DNA of 64,000 nucleotides from an uncultured delta proteobacterium (GTDB lineage Bacteria; Desulfobacterota; Binatia; DP-6): NCBI GenBank assembly GCA_963815115.1, contig CAWFFN010000009.1, positions 320,001 to 384,000 of the forward strand, read 5' to 3'. Shown piece by piece: positions 11,937 to 22,055 of this stretch (position 1 is its first letter; each line of letters starts with the position of its first letter). The notes under the pieces were generated by a model. It saw only the letters and a program-made list of their open reading frames with translations, ran no database searches and was not told where the DNA came from. The position numbers and the translations under genes were made by a program.

Positions 11937-12192
11937 GTCGACATCCCGTCACCATGGTGCCGCTGCTCACCACCCGACGCGGCCCGGCTTCGGAGTTTCG
12001 TTCAAGTGCGTCGAGGTCCGGCTACGCGCCGCGCACCCCGCCACCGTCTGGTCCTCGATGCCGCCAGCACGCCGGCACGTCGACGATCAGCCGCGCGACT
12101 GCTCCGATCGGACGGCGCGGTCCTGCTGCAGCTGCGCCCGCGTGCGGAGGAAGAAGCCTTGCAGCACGGGATCGGCGCTGCCCCGGCTGAAG

Positions 12193-12730
12193 TCAAGGAG
12201 CAGCGCGTCCGCTTTCCACGGCGTTCAGGAAGGTGCGACGCGCCTCCGCACGCACGCCCGCATCGGCCTGCTGCAGCGCGGCCAGGAACAGCCGTGTGAG
12301 GCTCGCCGTGTTCGTGTGGAGCGCGTCGCGTAGTGCGGGCGTCAGGGTGACCGCCGGTGCCGTGCCGAGGAGCTGGAGCACGTTGGCGGGGGATGCGGTC
12401 GGGCGTGTCTTCGGGGTCTGCCGCGGTTGCGGGAGCCCGCAGAGCTCGACGGACGCCGGCTGCCCGTCGGCATCGTAGCGCAGAATGAAGTTCTGACGCC
12501 CCAGGATCCGGTCGAGCGCCTCGGCGAGCGGCACCGCATCGAAGCGCTTGGTCACCTCGCGCCAGTCGAGCAGCTCGCCGTGGAACCGAACCCCGGTCTC
12601 CTGCTCGAGCCGCTCGACGACGAGGTCGAGCGGCACATGCTCGAGCCGCACAGTCAGCAGGCCGTCCTCGTAGCGCATCACGCCGGCGGGATCGGTCGCG
12701 AGGGCACAGGTCGCCAGCACCGCGAGCATC
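12193..12730 (-). CDS. hypothetical exported protein, probably frameshifted near its 3' end
   Basis: Signal-like MLAVLATCALA; a plausible continuation lies in another frame toward about 11950. Confidence 0.45.
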
Positions 12731-12851
12731 ACCAGGGCGCCAAGCCGCACGTCGAGAGCGTACCGCTCACAGGTCGACGCGGCAATGCTTCCACTCGCGG
12801 GCTGGCCCGTTCTTGATCTTGGGACGGGCACGAACGAGATTAGAGGTGGGT

Positions 12852-13341
12852 GTGAATCGCTCTCTCCTCCTCGCAGCGACCGTGCTGCTCCTCGCAGGTG
12901 TGGGCGCCGCGGAGCCGGATGTGCCAGCCCTCGAGGGAGTCGTCACGCCCGACACGCGCCTATTCGTGGTCGCTCCCCATCCGGACGACGAGGCGCTCGG
13001 GACCGGGGGGTTGATCCAGCGCGTCCTCCGCCACCGCGGCGCCGTCCGGGTCATCGTCATCACGAGCGGGGACGGTTTTCCGCCCGGCGTCGTCCTAGAG
13101 ATGCACAACGCCCATCCACGACCAGACGACTATCGCGCCTATGCGCGCCTCCGGGACCGGGAGACCATTCGCAGTCTGGGCGTCCTTGGCGTCACCCGAA
13201 ACGACATTGACTTCCTCGGCTTCCCGGACCGGGGCCTCTGCCCGATGCTGGAGCAGTACCGGTTCGACCGCCCTCCCTACTACCGCTCGCCATTCACGGC
13301 CGCCGACCGGCCCCCGGTCGCCGAGGCGACGCTGCCGGGGT
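12852..13341 (+). pseudogene. PIG-L family deacetylase, 3'-truncated by an IS3 remnant
   Basis: APHPDDE motif, TSGDG, FLGFPD; coding sense is lost after EATLPG. Confidence 0.8.
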
Positions 13342-13678
13342 TGTCGAAGCTGGGCGCGCCCTGTCCGCACTGTGGGAGCGCACCCGGAAGCTGGTGATGT
13401 TCGACCGGAACTGCCGCGAGGTGACCGGGGATCACTCCCACCGGCATTGTCTCGGCTCCGCCGCGACGTGGGCTGAGCGCTGCGCCCCCAGTCTCCGACG
13501 CCAGCGCCAACGCGTCGGCGCGCTTGTCCTCGGGCGCGTGGAAGCTCGACGCGCGGTGCGGCGATGGATCGACTGGTACAACGATCAGCGACCGCATCAG
13601 GCACTCGGCTATCTCAGTCCACGCCAATATCGGGCGCTACAACTTCACCGTGTGGCTTGACGGCGGTGGAGCTCTACA
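13342..13678 (+). mobile_element. internally deleted IS3-family remnant
   Basis: TGT...ACA ends; integrase C-terminus WIDWYNDQRPHQALGYLSP. Confidence 0.65.
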
Positions 13679-13693
13679 AGCTCATGTCCCAGC

Positions 13694-14347
13694 ATGGCTG
13701 ATTCTGCTCGTGACATCCTGGAGTTCTTCCGCAAGAGAGCCGGGCGCTACGACTTCACCACCGGTCTCGCCTACGCCATCGGCTTCCGTGACTGGGCCTA
13801 CCGACAGAGGGCGGTCGATGCTCTCGCACTCATCCAGGGCGACGCGGTGGTGGATCTCGGATGCGGCACCGGGCGGAACTTCGAGATGCTCGAACGTGCG
13901 GTGGGGCCGGGCGGTAGGGTCACAGGGGTGGACTTCTCCGACGCGATGCTGAGCCGTGCCCGCCGAAGGGTCGGTCGACACGGGTGGTCGAACGTGGAGT
14001 TGGTGCAGAGCGATGCTGCTTCTTACGACTTTCGGCCGCCGGTCGATGGGATCCTGTCCACGTACGCGCTGGTACTGGTCCCCGAATACGATCGGGTGAT
14101 CGAGAGGGGCTTCACGGCGCTACGCGAGGGAAGACGCTGGGTGGTCCTGGACCAGAAGCTGCCATCGGGGCGCGCATCGCTGCTCGTTCCATTGGTCGAC
14201 CGCATGTCGCGCCCCTTCGACTACTCGGGCATCGTGGGCGAACGCCGCCTGTGGGAATCGATCCGGAAACACGCGGGGAACGTCCGTGTCGAGGAGATCT
14301 ACTTCGGATTCGTGTACCTCGCAGTCGGGGAACGGCCCCCAGCATGA
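13694..14347 (+). CDS. class I SAM-dependent methyltransferase
   Basis: VVDLGCGTG, GVDFSDAML. Confidence 0.9.
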   Translation: MADSARDILEFFRKRAGRYDFTTGLAYAIGFRDWAYRQRAVDALALIQGDAVVDLGCGTGRNFEMLERAVGPGGRVTGVDFSDAMLSRARRRVGRHGWSNVELVQSDAASYDFRPPVDGILSTYALVLVPEYDRVIERGFTALREGRRWVVLDQKLPSGRASLLVPLVDRMSRPFDYSGIVGERRLWESIRKHAGNVRVEEIYFGFVYLAVGERPPA

Positions 14348-15143
14348 CCGGGCATCAATAGCTGCACGCCCGAGGACAGGGAGGACCGTGCCGCGAACGA
14401 CGGCTGAGGTCGAGTTTCCGCAGGCGGCTACCGTATCCTTCTTTGTTCGCCGCCAAGGCGTCCACCTGCTCTACCTGGCGGCACTGCTGCCGGTCACGCG
14501 CGGATTGGCGGCACCCGCGCTCGGGGATGGCGCGTGGCTCGGCCTGACCGACACCTCGTGGTTCGCCCTGTGCCTCGGGATCGCCGTCGTCCATCAGGTC
14601 TACATCTGGATCGCGTGGCGCTCCCAACTCGGCTGGAAGGTGTTCACCCGTGTGTTCGGCGGGGGTGACTTCGCCGTGTACAACGCGATCTTCTTCCCCT
14701 TGCTGATCCTTCGCCCGCTGCTCGTTGCCGCGACCTCGGTGGCCGACGCCGGGAGCTTGCGGCTGCCGACAGGGCTCACCCTCAGTCTCGGGGCATTCCT
14801 CTCGGTGCCTGCCTTGTATACGGGCTGGTCGGTGGGCCGGTATTTCGGATTCGCGCGAGCGGCGGGCGGCGATCACTTTCGGCGGCGCTTTCGGGAGATG
14901 CCGCTCGTCCATCAGGGGGCGTTCGCCTGGACGCCGAATGCTATGTACACGCTCGCGTTCCTCGGGCTGTGGTCCATCGCGCTCGTTGCCAGGTCGCATG
15001 CCGCCCTGGTCGCGGCGCTCTTTCAGCACGGCTACATATGGGTCCACTACCTCTGCACCGAAGAACCAGACATGGAGATGCTGTACGGGTCGAGCAGCTC
15101 CTCGCCATACGAGGGTGGTGCCCCAGCACACCATGACCCATGA
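14344..15143 (+). CDS. PEMT/ICMT-like membrane methyltransferase
   Basis: Multiple TM segments, GAFAWTPNAMY, C-terminal EEPDMEMLYG. Confidence 0.75.
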
Positions 15144-15841
15144 CGATGAGTGATCCGCACGGATCGCGCCGCCCATACAGCCGCACGCTCACGACCGTCG
15201 AGGCGAAGGCATTCTACGACCGCTTCGGCGCCAAGCAGGACGCGCAGGCGTTCTACGAAGATCGCGCCGTCGACCCGCTGATCACCCACGCCGACTTCCA
15301 GCACGCGCACGCGGTCTTCGAGTTCGGGTGTGGCACGGGACGGCTCGCGGCACGGCTGCTCGGGACCACTCTGCCCGAGGACTGTCGCTACTTCGGGGTG
15401 GACATCTCCGAGACGATGGTCGCCCTGGCACGCGAGCGGTTACGACCGTGGGCGAACCGAGCAGAGGTGGTTCGCTCCGAAGGCGCGATCTCTCGGCAGT
15501 GCGGGGCCGGTGCCTATGACCGCTTCGTCTCGACCTACGTTCTCGACCTGATGAGCGAGGAGGCCATCCAGGCCGTGCTTGCCGACGCCTATCGGCTCCT
15601 TGGCCGGGAGGGACTGCTCTGTCTCGTGAGCCTCACCCACGGCCACGGCGTCATAACGAAGCTCATCTCATCCGCCTGGACCATGCTCCATCGTCTCAAC
15701 CCCACGGTGGTGGGTGGCTGCCGCCCGATTGAACTACGCGACTACCTCGCCGGAGACCGCTGGCGGCTTCGGCATCACGAAGTCGTCTCCGCGTGGGGCA
15801 TTTCGTCCGAAGTGCTCGTCGCCTCACGGCTCGCTTCGTGA
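15140..15841 (+). CDS. class I SAM-dependent methyltransferase
   Basis: VFEFGCGTG, GVDISETM; ATGA overlap with the upstream gene. Confidence 0.9.
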   Translation: MTMSDPHGSRRPYSRTLTTVEAKAFYDRFGAKQDAQAFYEDRAVDPLITHADFQHAHAVFEFGCGTGRLAARLLGTTLPEDCRYFGVDISETMVALARERLRPWANRAEVVRSEGAISRQCGAGAYDRFVSTYVLDLMSEEAIQAVLADAYRLLGREGLLCLVSLTHGHGVITKLISSAWTMLHRLNPTVVGGCRPIELRDYLAGDRWRLRHHEVVSAWGISSEVLVASRLAS

Positions 15842-16486
15842 CGGCTCAACAGACGGGCGCTTCGTCGCGACGTAGAGATGCACACTTCCCCAGCCGCCAA
15901 TCTCCTGATCGACGTGCTCCAGGGGGAACTCGCGGAAGAGGCTGCGCATATCGCGAATGAGATCACCCGCGTACTTCCACACCTCGGTCAGCCACGTCCC
16001 GAGCCGGTTCCCATCGGCTGGGTAGTTGATGTCGATGAGCACGAGGCGCCCGGCGGGCTTGAGGACGCGGAGTAGTTCGCCCAGCGCCTTCCGGCCATCG
16101 GGGTATCCCGAGAACGCCATCGTGTTGAGCACGCAATCGAACGAGTCGCTCCGGTAGGGCAATGCTTCCACCGTTCCGCGACAGAGCGCCGCCCCCACAC
16201 CCGCCCGCTGGAGGTTCGCGCGAGCGATGGCGATCATCCTCGCGTTGAGGTCGAGCCCGTGGACCTCGAAGCGGCGGGAGCACTCGGTCATGAGATAGCC
16301 GGTGCCGAAGGAGACTTCGAGGACTCGCGGCCCCTTCAGGTGCTGGAGCGCGGGACGGAGCCACGCCTTCCAGACGGGAAGCGCCTTGACGGCGGCGTCG
16401 TAGACACGTGCGAGCCGCGTGTAGGCTTGATCAAACGACTTGGTGAACGCGCTCTGGTCATGTGGTTCCTGAGAGTACCTCGCCAT
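15824..16486 (-). CDS. class I SAM-dependent methyltransferase
   Basis: VLEVSFGTG, RVLKPAGRL. Confidence 0.85.
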   Translation of the reverse strand: MARYSQEPHDQSAFTKSFDQAYTRLARVYDAAVKALPVWKAWLRPALQHLKGPRVLEVSFGTGYLMTECSRRFEVHGLDLNARMIAIARANLQRAGVGAALCRGTVEALPYRSDSFDCVLNTMAFSGYPDGRKALGELLRVLKPAGRLVLIDINYPADGNRLGTWLTEVWKYAGDLIRDMRSLFREFPLEHVDQEIGGWGSVHLYVATKRPSVEPSRSEP

Positions 16487-16569
16487 CCTGTCGCCCCGAT
16501 GACACCGCGCTCGTGAGCGAACCGTCTGGCACAAGCTACTCCTGAACGGATTCCGACCAAACGGGGCGC

Positions 16570-16601
16570 TTGACCCTGGACCTAGGTACAGGGTGTAGAA
16601 G
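16570..16601 (+). promoter_or_regulatory. MerR-type promoter/operator
   Basis: -35 TTGACC, long spacer of about 20 bp containing the dyad ACCCTG-N10-CAGGGT, -10-like TAGAAG. Confidence 0.8.
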
Positions 16602-17024
16602 ATGGCCACTCCGATGGAGGCACTCACCCGAGGCGAGGTGGCGCAGCAGGGCCGCGTGAACTCCGAAACGATCCGCTACTACGAGCGGCGCGGTCTGCTC
16701 CTGAAACCACCTCGCACGCCCTCCGGGTATCGCGCCTTTTCCTCGGACGCCGTGCGTCGGGTCCGCTTCATCAAGCGGGCGCAGGGGCTTGGCTTCTCGC
16801 TCAAGGAGATCAAGGCGCTGCTCACCTTGCGCATCGATCCACGCCGCTCCTGCGGCGACGTGCGGACGCGGGCCGAGGCGAAGATCGAGGAGATCGAGGC
16901 CAAGGTTCGCGTGCTACGGGGAATGAAGAATGCGCTCGTGCGGCTGACAGCCGCCTGCGCGGGGCGCGGGCGCGTTAGCCAGTGCCCGATCTTGGAGAGC
17001 CTCGATACCGAGGGAAAGTCATGA
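16602..17024 (+). CDS. merR: MerR-family heavy-metal (Hg-type) regulator
   Basis: ETIRYYERRGLL, GFSLKEI, Cys triad (SC...AC...QCPIL). Confidence 0.9.
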   Translation: MATPMEALTRGEVAQQGRVNSETIRYYERRGLLLKPPRTPSGYRAFSSDAVRRVRFIKRAQGLGFSLKEIKALLTLRIDPRRSCGDVRTRAEAKIEEIEAKVRVLRGMKNALVRLTAACAGRGRVSQCPILESLDTEGKS

Positions 17025-17389
17025 CCTTCACGGTCGAACTCGTCTACGACAAGGACTGCCCGCACGTCGCCGCGACGCGGGCGAACCTGCTCCGGGCTTT
17101 TGAGGAGGCGGGGCTGCCTGCCAACTGGACGGAGTGGGAGCACTCGTCCTCAGCCACGCCGGCACGCCTCCGAGGGTTCGGCTCACCAACGGTGCTGGTC
17201 GAGGGACACGACGTGGCCGGAGCCCAGCCGGTCGAGGGGCTCGCGTGCTGCCGGCTGTACGAGACAGAAGATGGCCGAAGCGGTGTACCGCCGGTCGGGC
17301 TGCTCGCAGGCGCGCTCTCGCACGCGAAGGAGCGGACCATCTCGAACCTCGGTGTTGCCTCGGATGGCGGCGGGCCAGCTTCGCCCTGA
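17021..17389 (+). CDS. thioredoxin-like mer-associated protein (DUF2703-like)
   Basis: DCPH, GSPTVLV, ACCRLY; ATGA overlap with merR. Confidence 0.7.
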   Translation: MTFTVELVYDKDCPHVAATRANLLRAFEEAGLPANWTEWEHSSSATPARLRGFGSPTVLVEGHDVAGAQPVEGLACCRLYETEDGRSGVPPVGLLAGALSHAKERTISNLGVASDGGGPASP

Positions 17390-17404
17390 CGGTGGACGGT
17401 GCTC

Positions 17405-17619
17405 ATGCCCCACGGCTGCACGGAGAAGGACTTCACGCGACGCAGCATCTCCTGGCTCCTGTGGGGAGTCCCGGCGGCAGTCGTGATTCTTGGGAGCCTG
17501 GTGGCGCCCGTGCCGCGAATGTTGTTGTGGACCCCTGCGTTCCTCATCGGTGGGGTCGGCTGCGTCATGAACGCTGCACGCTGCGGGCGCGTTCACTGCT
17601 ACATCACAGGGCCGCTCTA
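17405..17619 (+). pseudogene. mer-associated membrane protein truncated by IS3
   Basis: TM segments plus CVMNAARCGRVHC; interrupted at 17620. Confidence 0.65.
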
Positions 17620-18219
17620 TGAACCGGCCCGGCTTCGCCGGAGGCTCGATTAGTTGAGTGCGGCCTCCGTGGCGGGAGTTGCGTGACGTTCGTAGTAGGC
17701 GCGCTCGTACTCGATCGGCGGCACGTGGCCAAGGGGCGCGAGGAGCCGCCGGGTGTTGAACCAGTCGACCCACGAGAGCGTCGCGAATTCGACGGCCTCG
17801 ACGTGGCGCCACGGACCTTGGCGTCGGATCACCTCCGTCTTATAGAGGCCGATCACAGATTCGGCGAGGGCGTTGTCATAGGAGTCACCGACCGTGCCGA
17901 CGGACGGCGCGATGCCCGCCGTCGCCAGGCGTTCGGTGTACCGCAGCGCGAGATATTGCTTGGGTTCAACCGGTCGTCAGCCCCGGGCGCCGGCCGCGAT
18001 CACGCTCCGCTTGGCGCACCCACTTCCGCAGCGCCTCGGCCGAGCACCCGATCTTCCCGGCGATCGACTGGATCGTCGCCCACTGCGAGTCGTGCGCTTC
18101 CTCGTTCGCCAGCACCAGCCCCACCGCACGCTCTCGCACCTCCGCTGAGAACCTGCTCGCTCGTCCCATGGCTCCATCCTCTCAAGGTTGGGAGCCTCCG
18201 GGAAACTCGGGCCGGTTCA
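17620..18219 (-). mobile_element. IS3-family (IS6110/IS51-like) element with internal deletion
   Basis: Inverted repeats TGAACCGGCCCG...GGAGGCTC at both ends; orfA N-terminus (17966-18169) joined to orfB C-terminus (DNALAES...WFNTRR). Confidence 0.9.
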
Positions 18220-18347
18220 CTCTGCACAGGTGGCCGTGCAGAGGCTGATGATTGGCTGAGTCATGAATCTGAGCGTGCCGGGAGGAGGATCGGTCTCGCC
18301 GTCGCGGCCCGCGAGCGGCGCGGCACCGTGGCAGATCGGGCGGCGGC

Positions 18348-18580
18348 ACTCACAGGACGCACCTCACCTGCGGCGGGAGCAGCTGGCGGCGCACCAGGTA
18401 GAGGTTCGCCAGCGCGAAGAGGCTGAAGGCCCGCGCGAGGTTCTTGGCGAGGCCGCGATACCGGACCTTGGCAAATCCCCACAGGCGCTTCACCACGTGG
18501 AACGGATGCTCGCCGCGGGCCCGGGTCCGCGACCGGGCCCGATTAATCGCCCGCCACCGCGGGGTGAGCGGCCGGTGCGG
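18348..18580 (-). mobile_element. IS5-family transposase C-terminal remnant
   Basis: RARGEHPFHVVKRLWGFAKVRYRGLAKN on the minus strand. Confidence 0.75.
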
Positions 18581-18839
18581 ACCGGCGGCCTAGAGGTCGG
18601 AGGTTCGGCTCCCCTCCGCTCCACTCCAGATTCCGCACGCTGAGCGTGCTCCCAGCTCAGCCGCGACCGTGGAGGTTGCGGCGGGGGCGTGACCGATGCG
18701 TGTGCTCGACCGACGAATGCTTGGCACACGCTCCGTGCGTACCCTCCCTCGGCGCAGCAACGAGGAGCCGACGAGCCTCCTCGGAGGGCTCGGCGAGATC
18801 GCCGCCTCGCGACGCATGGACGTCCGCCGATGCCCGCTC

Positions 18840-19280
18840 TCAAGACAGCCGAGTCGTCGGCAGTCCGGCGCGTCGGGCGGCCTGGCTCTGACGGCGATCT
18901 GCCGTGACGAAGCGCTGGCTGCCAGAGAGCACGGCAGCCGCCACGTGAAGAAGGTCCAGGGACCGGCACCCCAGACGCGCCGTGTGCTGGTTCGCCAGTT
19001 CGATGGCCTTGGCCATCGTGAGCGGCCAATCGATCGCTGCGCGGTGGAGCGTGCCCTCGTGGAGGTCCTCCTGGAGCCGCGCAACGGTGGCGTCGACCAG
19101 CTTGCGCACTCCCTCACGCCGGAAGAGGCGGAGGCGAAGCGCATTGACGACCTCCAGCTCGTGGAGCTGGGAGAAGAGGACGGGCTCCCCCCATCGTCGA
19201 ACCAGACGGGCGACGCGTTCGGATCGTGGCTCGGGTACGTAGAGCGAGACGAGGACGCTCGTGTCCAGCCAGAGGCTCAC
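18840..19280 (-). CDS. vapC: VapC PIN-domain toxin
   Basis: LDTSVLV, RSLDLLHVAAA, FVTAD. Confidence 0.9.
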   Translation of the reverse strand: MSLWLDTSVLVSLYVPEPRSERVARLVRRWGEPVLFSQLHELEVVNALRLRLFRREGVRKLVDATVARLQEDLHEGTLHRAAIDWPLTMAKAIELANQHTARLGCRSLDLLHVAAAVLSGSQRFVTADRRQSQAARRAGLPTTRLS

Positions 19281-19522
19281 AGCCGCTCGGCCCGATTCTC
19301 GATCACGATCTCGCTCGTCGCCTGTCCTTCGGGGCCCCTCCCCCAGATGGCACGGGCGCGCGCGACGAAATCGGGCAGCCCGCCCTCCGGGCGGCGCGTT
19401 GCCGGAACGAGCCGCGCCACGGTCCGGTTGCGGCGGGTGATCTCGACGACCTCGCCGCGGGCGACCGCGCGCAGGATTCTTGGCAGGTTGTGCTGGGCCT
19501 CACGAACCGTTGCTGTTCGCAT
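19277..19522 (-). CDS. Phd/YefM antitoxin
   Basis: MRTATVREAQHNL...GEVVEITRR; 4-bp overlap with the toxin. Confidence 0.9.
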   Translation of the reverse strand: MRTATVREAQHNLPRILRAVARGEVVEITRRNRTVARLVPATRRPEGGLPDFVARARAIWGRGPEGQATSEIVIENRAERL

Positions 19523-19541
19523 GTGCGTCAGTATGACGCAC
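19523..19541. promoter_or_regulatory. toxin-antitoxin operator palindrome
   Basis: GTGCGTCA-GTA-TGACGCAC immediately upstream of the antitoxin ATG. Confidence 0.7.
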
Positions 19542-19649
19542 GTCATCGGTTCCTCGCAACCGGCGTCCCGTCATGCGACTGCGGGTCGCCCATGCGGTGC
19601 TCGACTTGAGCGGCTCGGACACGGGCGGGACCGTACTGCCGGCGGGAAT

Positions 19650-20008
19650 CCAACGCGTGCTCGTCCTGCACCATGGTGTGCTGGCATCGCACAGTCGCTG
19701 GCGCGCCCGGGGGGTCGCCTACGGGCGGCACCCTCGCCCCATCGGTGCGACGCTGCGGTTCGTGTGGGGGTCGCCCGCTTCGCCCGTTCCGTCGAGCGCG
19801 CCGCCGTCCAGCGGCGGGCTGGAGGCGGGCGGCGAGTCCCACCTCGATCCCGTCGGGACGCTCGGCGGACACCAGAGCGAACCGCTGTCGTCTCCGCCGG
19901 TGACGAGTCGGGACCCGGCCACCACCGCCAGCGTGGAGGCGCCCCCACCTCCGGCGGCGCGCAAGTGGTCCTGGCAGGAGCTGATGCGGCACACGTTCGG
20001 GGTGGACG
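19650..20008 (+). pseudogene. IS91-like (Y2) transposase C-terminal remnant, left part
   Basis: HHGVLASHSRWR...WQELMRHTFGVD; continues as VLACAHCG at 21940-21963. Confidence 0.7.
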
Positions 20009-20163
20009 CACTGTAGACGCAACCCGGCAAACGCCTCTGCGCTTCGTCCTGCAACGCCGCGTCTTCCAGGTCGCGCGGCGACCGAATCGCCGGCGCGGGG
20101 CGCCGCGCTTGGCATCCCCTGCTGAAGCTGGTGACGCCCCCTCCGTGGGGAGGGGTGGTGGTG

Positions 20164-20346
20164 ATGCGGCGGGAACGGACGTGGAGGATTGAATGGCGGG
20201 GGCGACCACAAGCGGATGGGTTCGAGCGGCTGGGCCAAGCCATGCGGCTGCTCATCGATCGGGCACAGGGCCAGCCGCCGGAACAGATCGGAAGCGGGGG
20301 AATGGAGCAGGCTGCGCCTGATCGGGCGGAGGGGGAGCGAAGATGA
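20164..20346 (+). CDS. small protein coupled to the recombinase (possible directionality factor or regulator)
   Basis: MRRERTWRIEWRGRPQADGFERLGQAMRLL; ATGA overlap with the recombinase start. Confidence 0.6.
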   Translation: MRRERTWRIEWRGRPQADGFERLGQAMRLLIDRAQGQPPEQIGSGGMEQAAPDRAEGERR

Positions 20347-21940
20347 CGCAACGGGGAGCACTCTACGCCCGGGTATCCACGGCGCGGCAGGAACAGGAGC
20401 AGACCGTGGCCTCCCAGGTGGCCGCGCTCGAGCAGGCGGCGGATGCCCTGGGCGTCACGGTGGCGGCCGAGCACCGCTACATCGATGATGGCGTCAGCGG
20501 CTCGCGGCTCGACCGGCCTGGGCTCGATGCGTTGCGCGACGCCGCCGCGGATGGGCTGCTCGATGTCGTGCTCATCTACTGCCCGGATCGCCTGGCACGC
20601 AGCTACGTGCACCAGCACGTGCTGATCGAGGAATTGACCAAGCACGGGGTGCACGTCCACTTCGTCGAGCGCCCGGTCGGTGACCGCGCCGAGGACCGCC
20701 TCCTCGTTCAGATGCAGGGGGTGATCGCGGAGTATGAGCGGGCCAAGATCGTCGAGCGCACCCGGCGGGGCAAGTTGCACAAGCTCCGCGCCGGGCACCT
20801 GCTCCCGTATAGCAGCGCGGCACCCTATGGGTACGCGATCGTGCGGGTCGGGGACGGACGGCGGCGGCTGGTGGTCGATGAGGTCGAGGCGGCGCAGGTG
20901 CGCGCGATGTACCGCTGGGTGCTCGACGACGGGCTCAGCGCCCGCGCCGTCGCCAAGCGGCTCAATGCCGAGAGGGTCCCGCCGCGGCGGGCGGCGCTGT
21001 GGACGCAAGGGACGATCTTCCGCATCCTGACGAACCCGGCGTACATCGGCCGCGCGACCTACAACCGCCGCGTCGCGATTGAACCCGCGCGGCCTCGCCA
21101 TCCGGGGAGGTATCGCAAGCAGCTCAAGAGCTCGTTGCGCTGGCGCCCGCAGGCGGAGTGGCTGTGGGTGCCGATTCCAGCCATCATTGACGAGGAGGTG
21201 CAGGGGGCGGTGCGGCAGGCGTTGGCCAAGCACAAGGTCTGGTCACCGCGAAACGTGCAGCACGAGTACCTCCTGCGCGGGCTGGTGGTCTGCGGTGCGT
21301 GCGGGTTGCGGATGGACTGTGCGCACCAGGCGCGGCCGGCCCAGCCGTACGAGTACTTCTACTACGCCTGCCGCCATCACGATCCGGTCGAGAGCGGGCG
21401 GGTGCAGCGGTGCACCGGGCGGCGGGTGCGCCGCGACGACCTGGATGCCGTCGTCTGGGACGCGTTGGGCTCCTGGATCCAGAGTCCGCGGCTCCTGGTC
21501 GAGGAGATCGCCGCCTGGCGCACGAGTCGGGACGGCGCCGGTGAGGTGGTGCGGGATCTTGCCCGCCTCGAGCGGGTCCAGCGCCAGACCGGGCTGCAGA
21601 TCGAGCGCTTGATCGACGCGTATCAGCGCGGCGCACTCAGCGTCGAGGAGCTCCAGGCGCGCCGCGAGCGGCTCGACGCCACGAGTGCGGCGGCGCGGGC
21701 CCGCGCAGAGGAACTGGCGGCGCAGGAGATGGATCGCGCGCGGCGCGATCGACTGGGCGAGGATCTCGCCGCCTTCGCCGCCACCCTGCGCTCGGGCCTC
21801 GCCCACCTCGACTTCGCCGGTCGCCAGCGGCTCGTAAGGCTTCTCGTGGAACGCGTCGTCATCACCGGCGACCACGTGGCGATCGAACATGTCATCCCAC
21901 TATCCGGTCGTTTTGCCGGTTTGCGACTACGGGATCGACG
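20343..21940 (+). CDS. large serine recombinase (no stop codon inside the element)
   Basis: YARVST catalytic Ser, DRLAR, PYGY recombinase domain, Zn ribbon CGACG...YYAC, coiled coil. Confidence 0.93.
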
Positions 21941-22055
21941 TGTTGGCGTGTGCCCACTGTGGGCTGATAGGCACGACGAAGGGCCTTTTGCCGCGGAGGC
22001 TTACAGAACGCCCCATCCCGGACCTTCGCCGCATTTTCGCCCGCTCCGTAACAAG

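Larger units (their letters stand above)
20005..21940 (+). mobile_element. minimal large-serine-recombinase integrative element (attL-attR)
   Basis: GACG direct repeat at 20005-20008 and 21937-21940; 19-bp inverted arms at 20013-20031 and 21912-21930; removing it restores the host reading frame. Confidence 0.85.
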
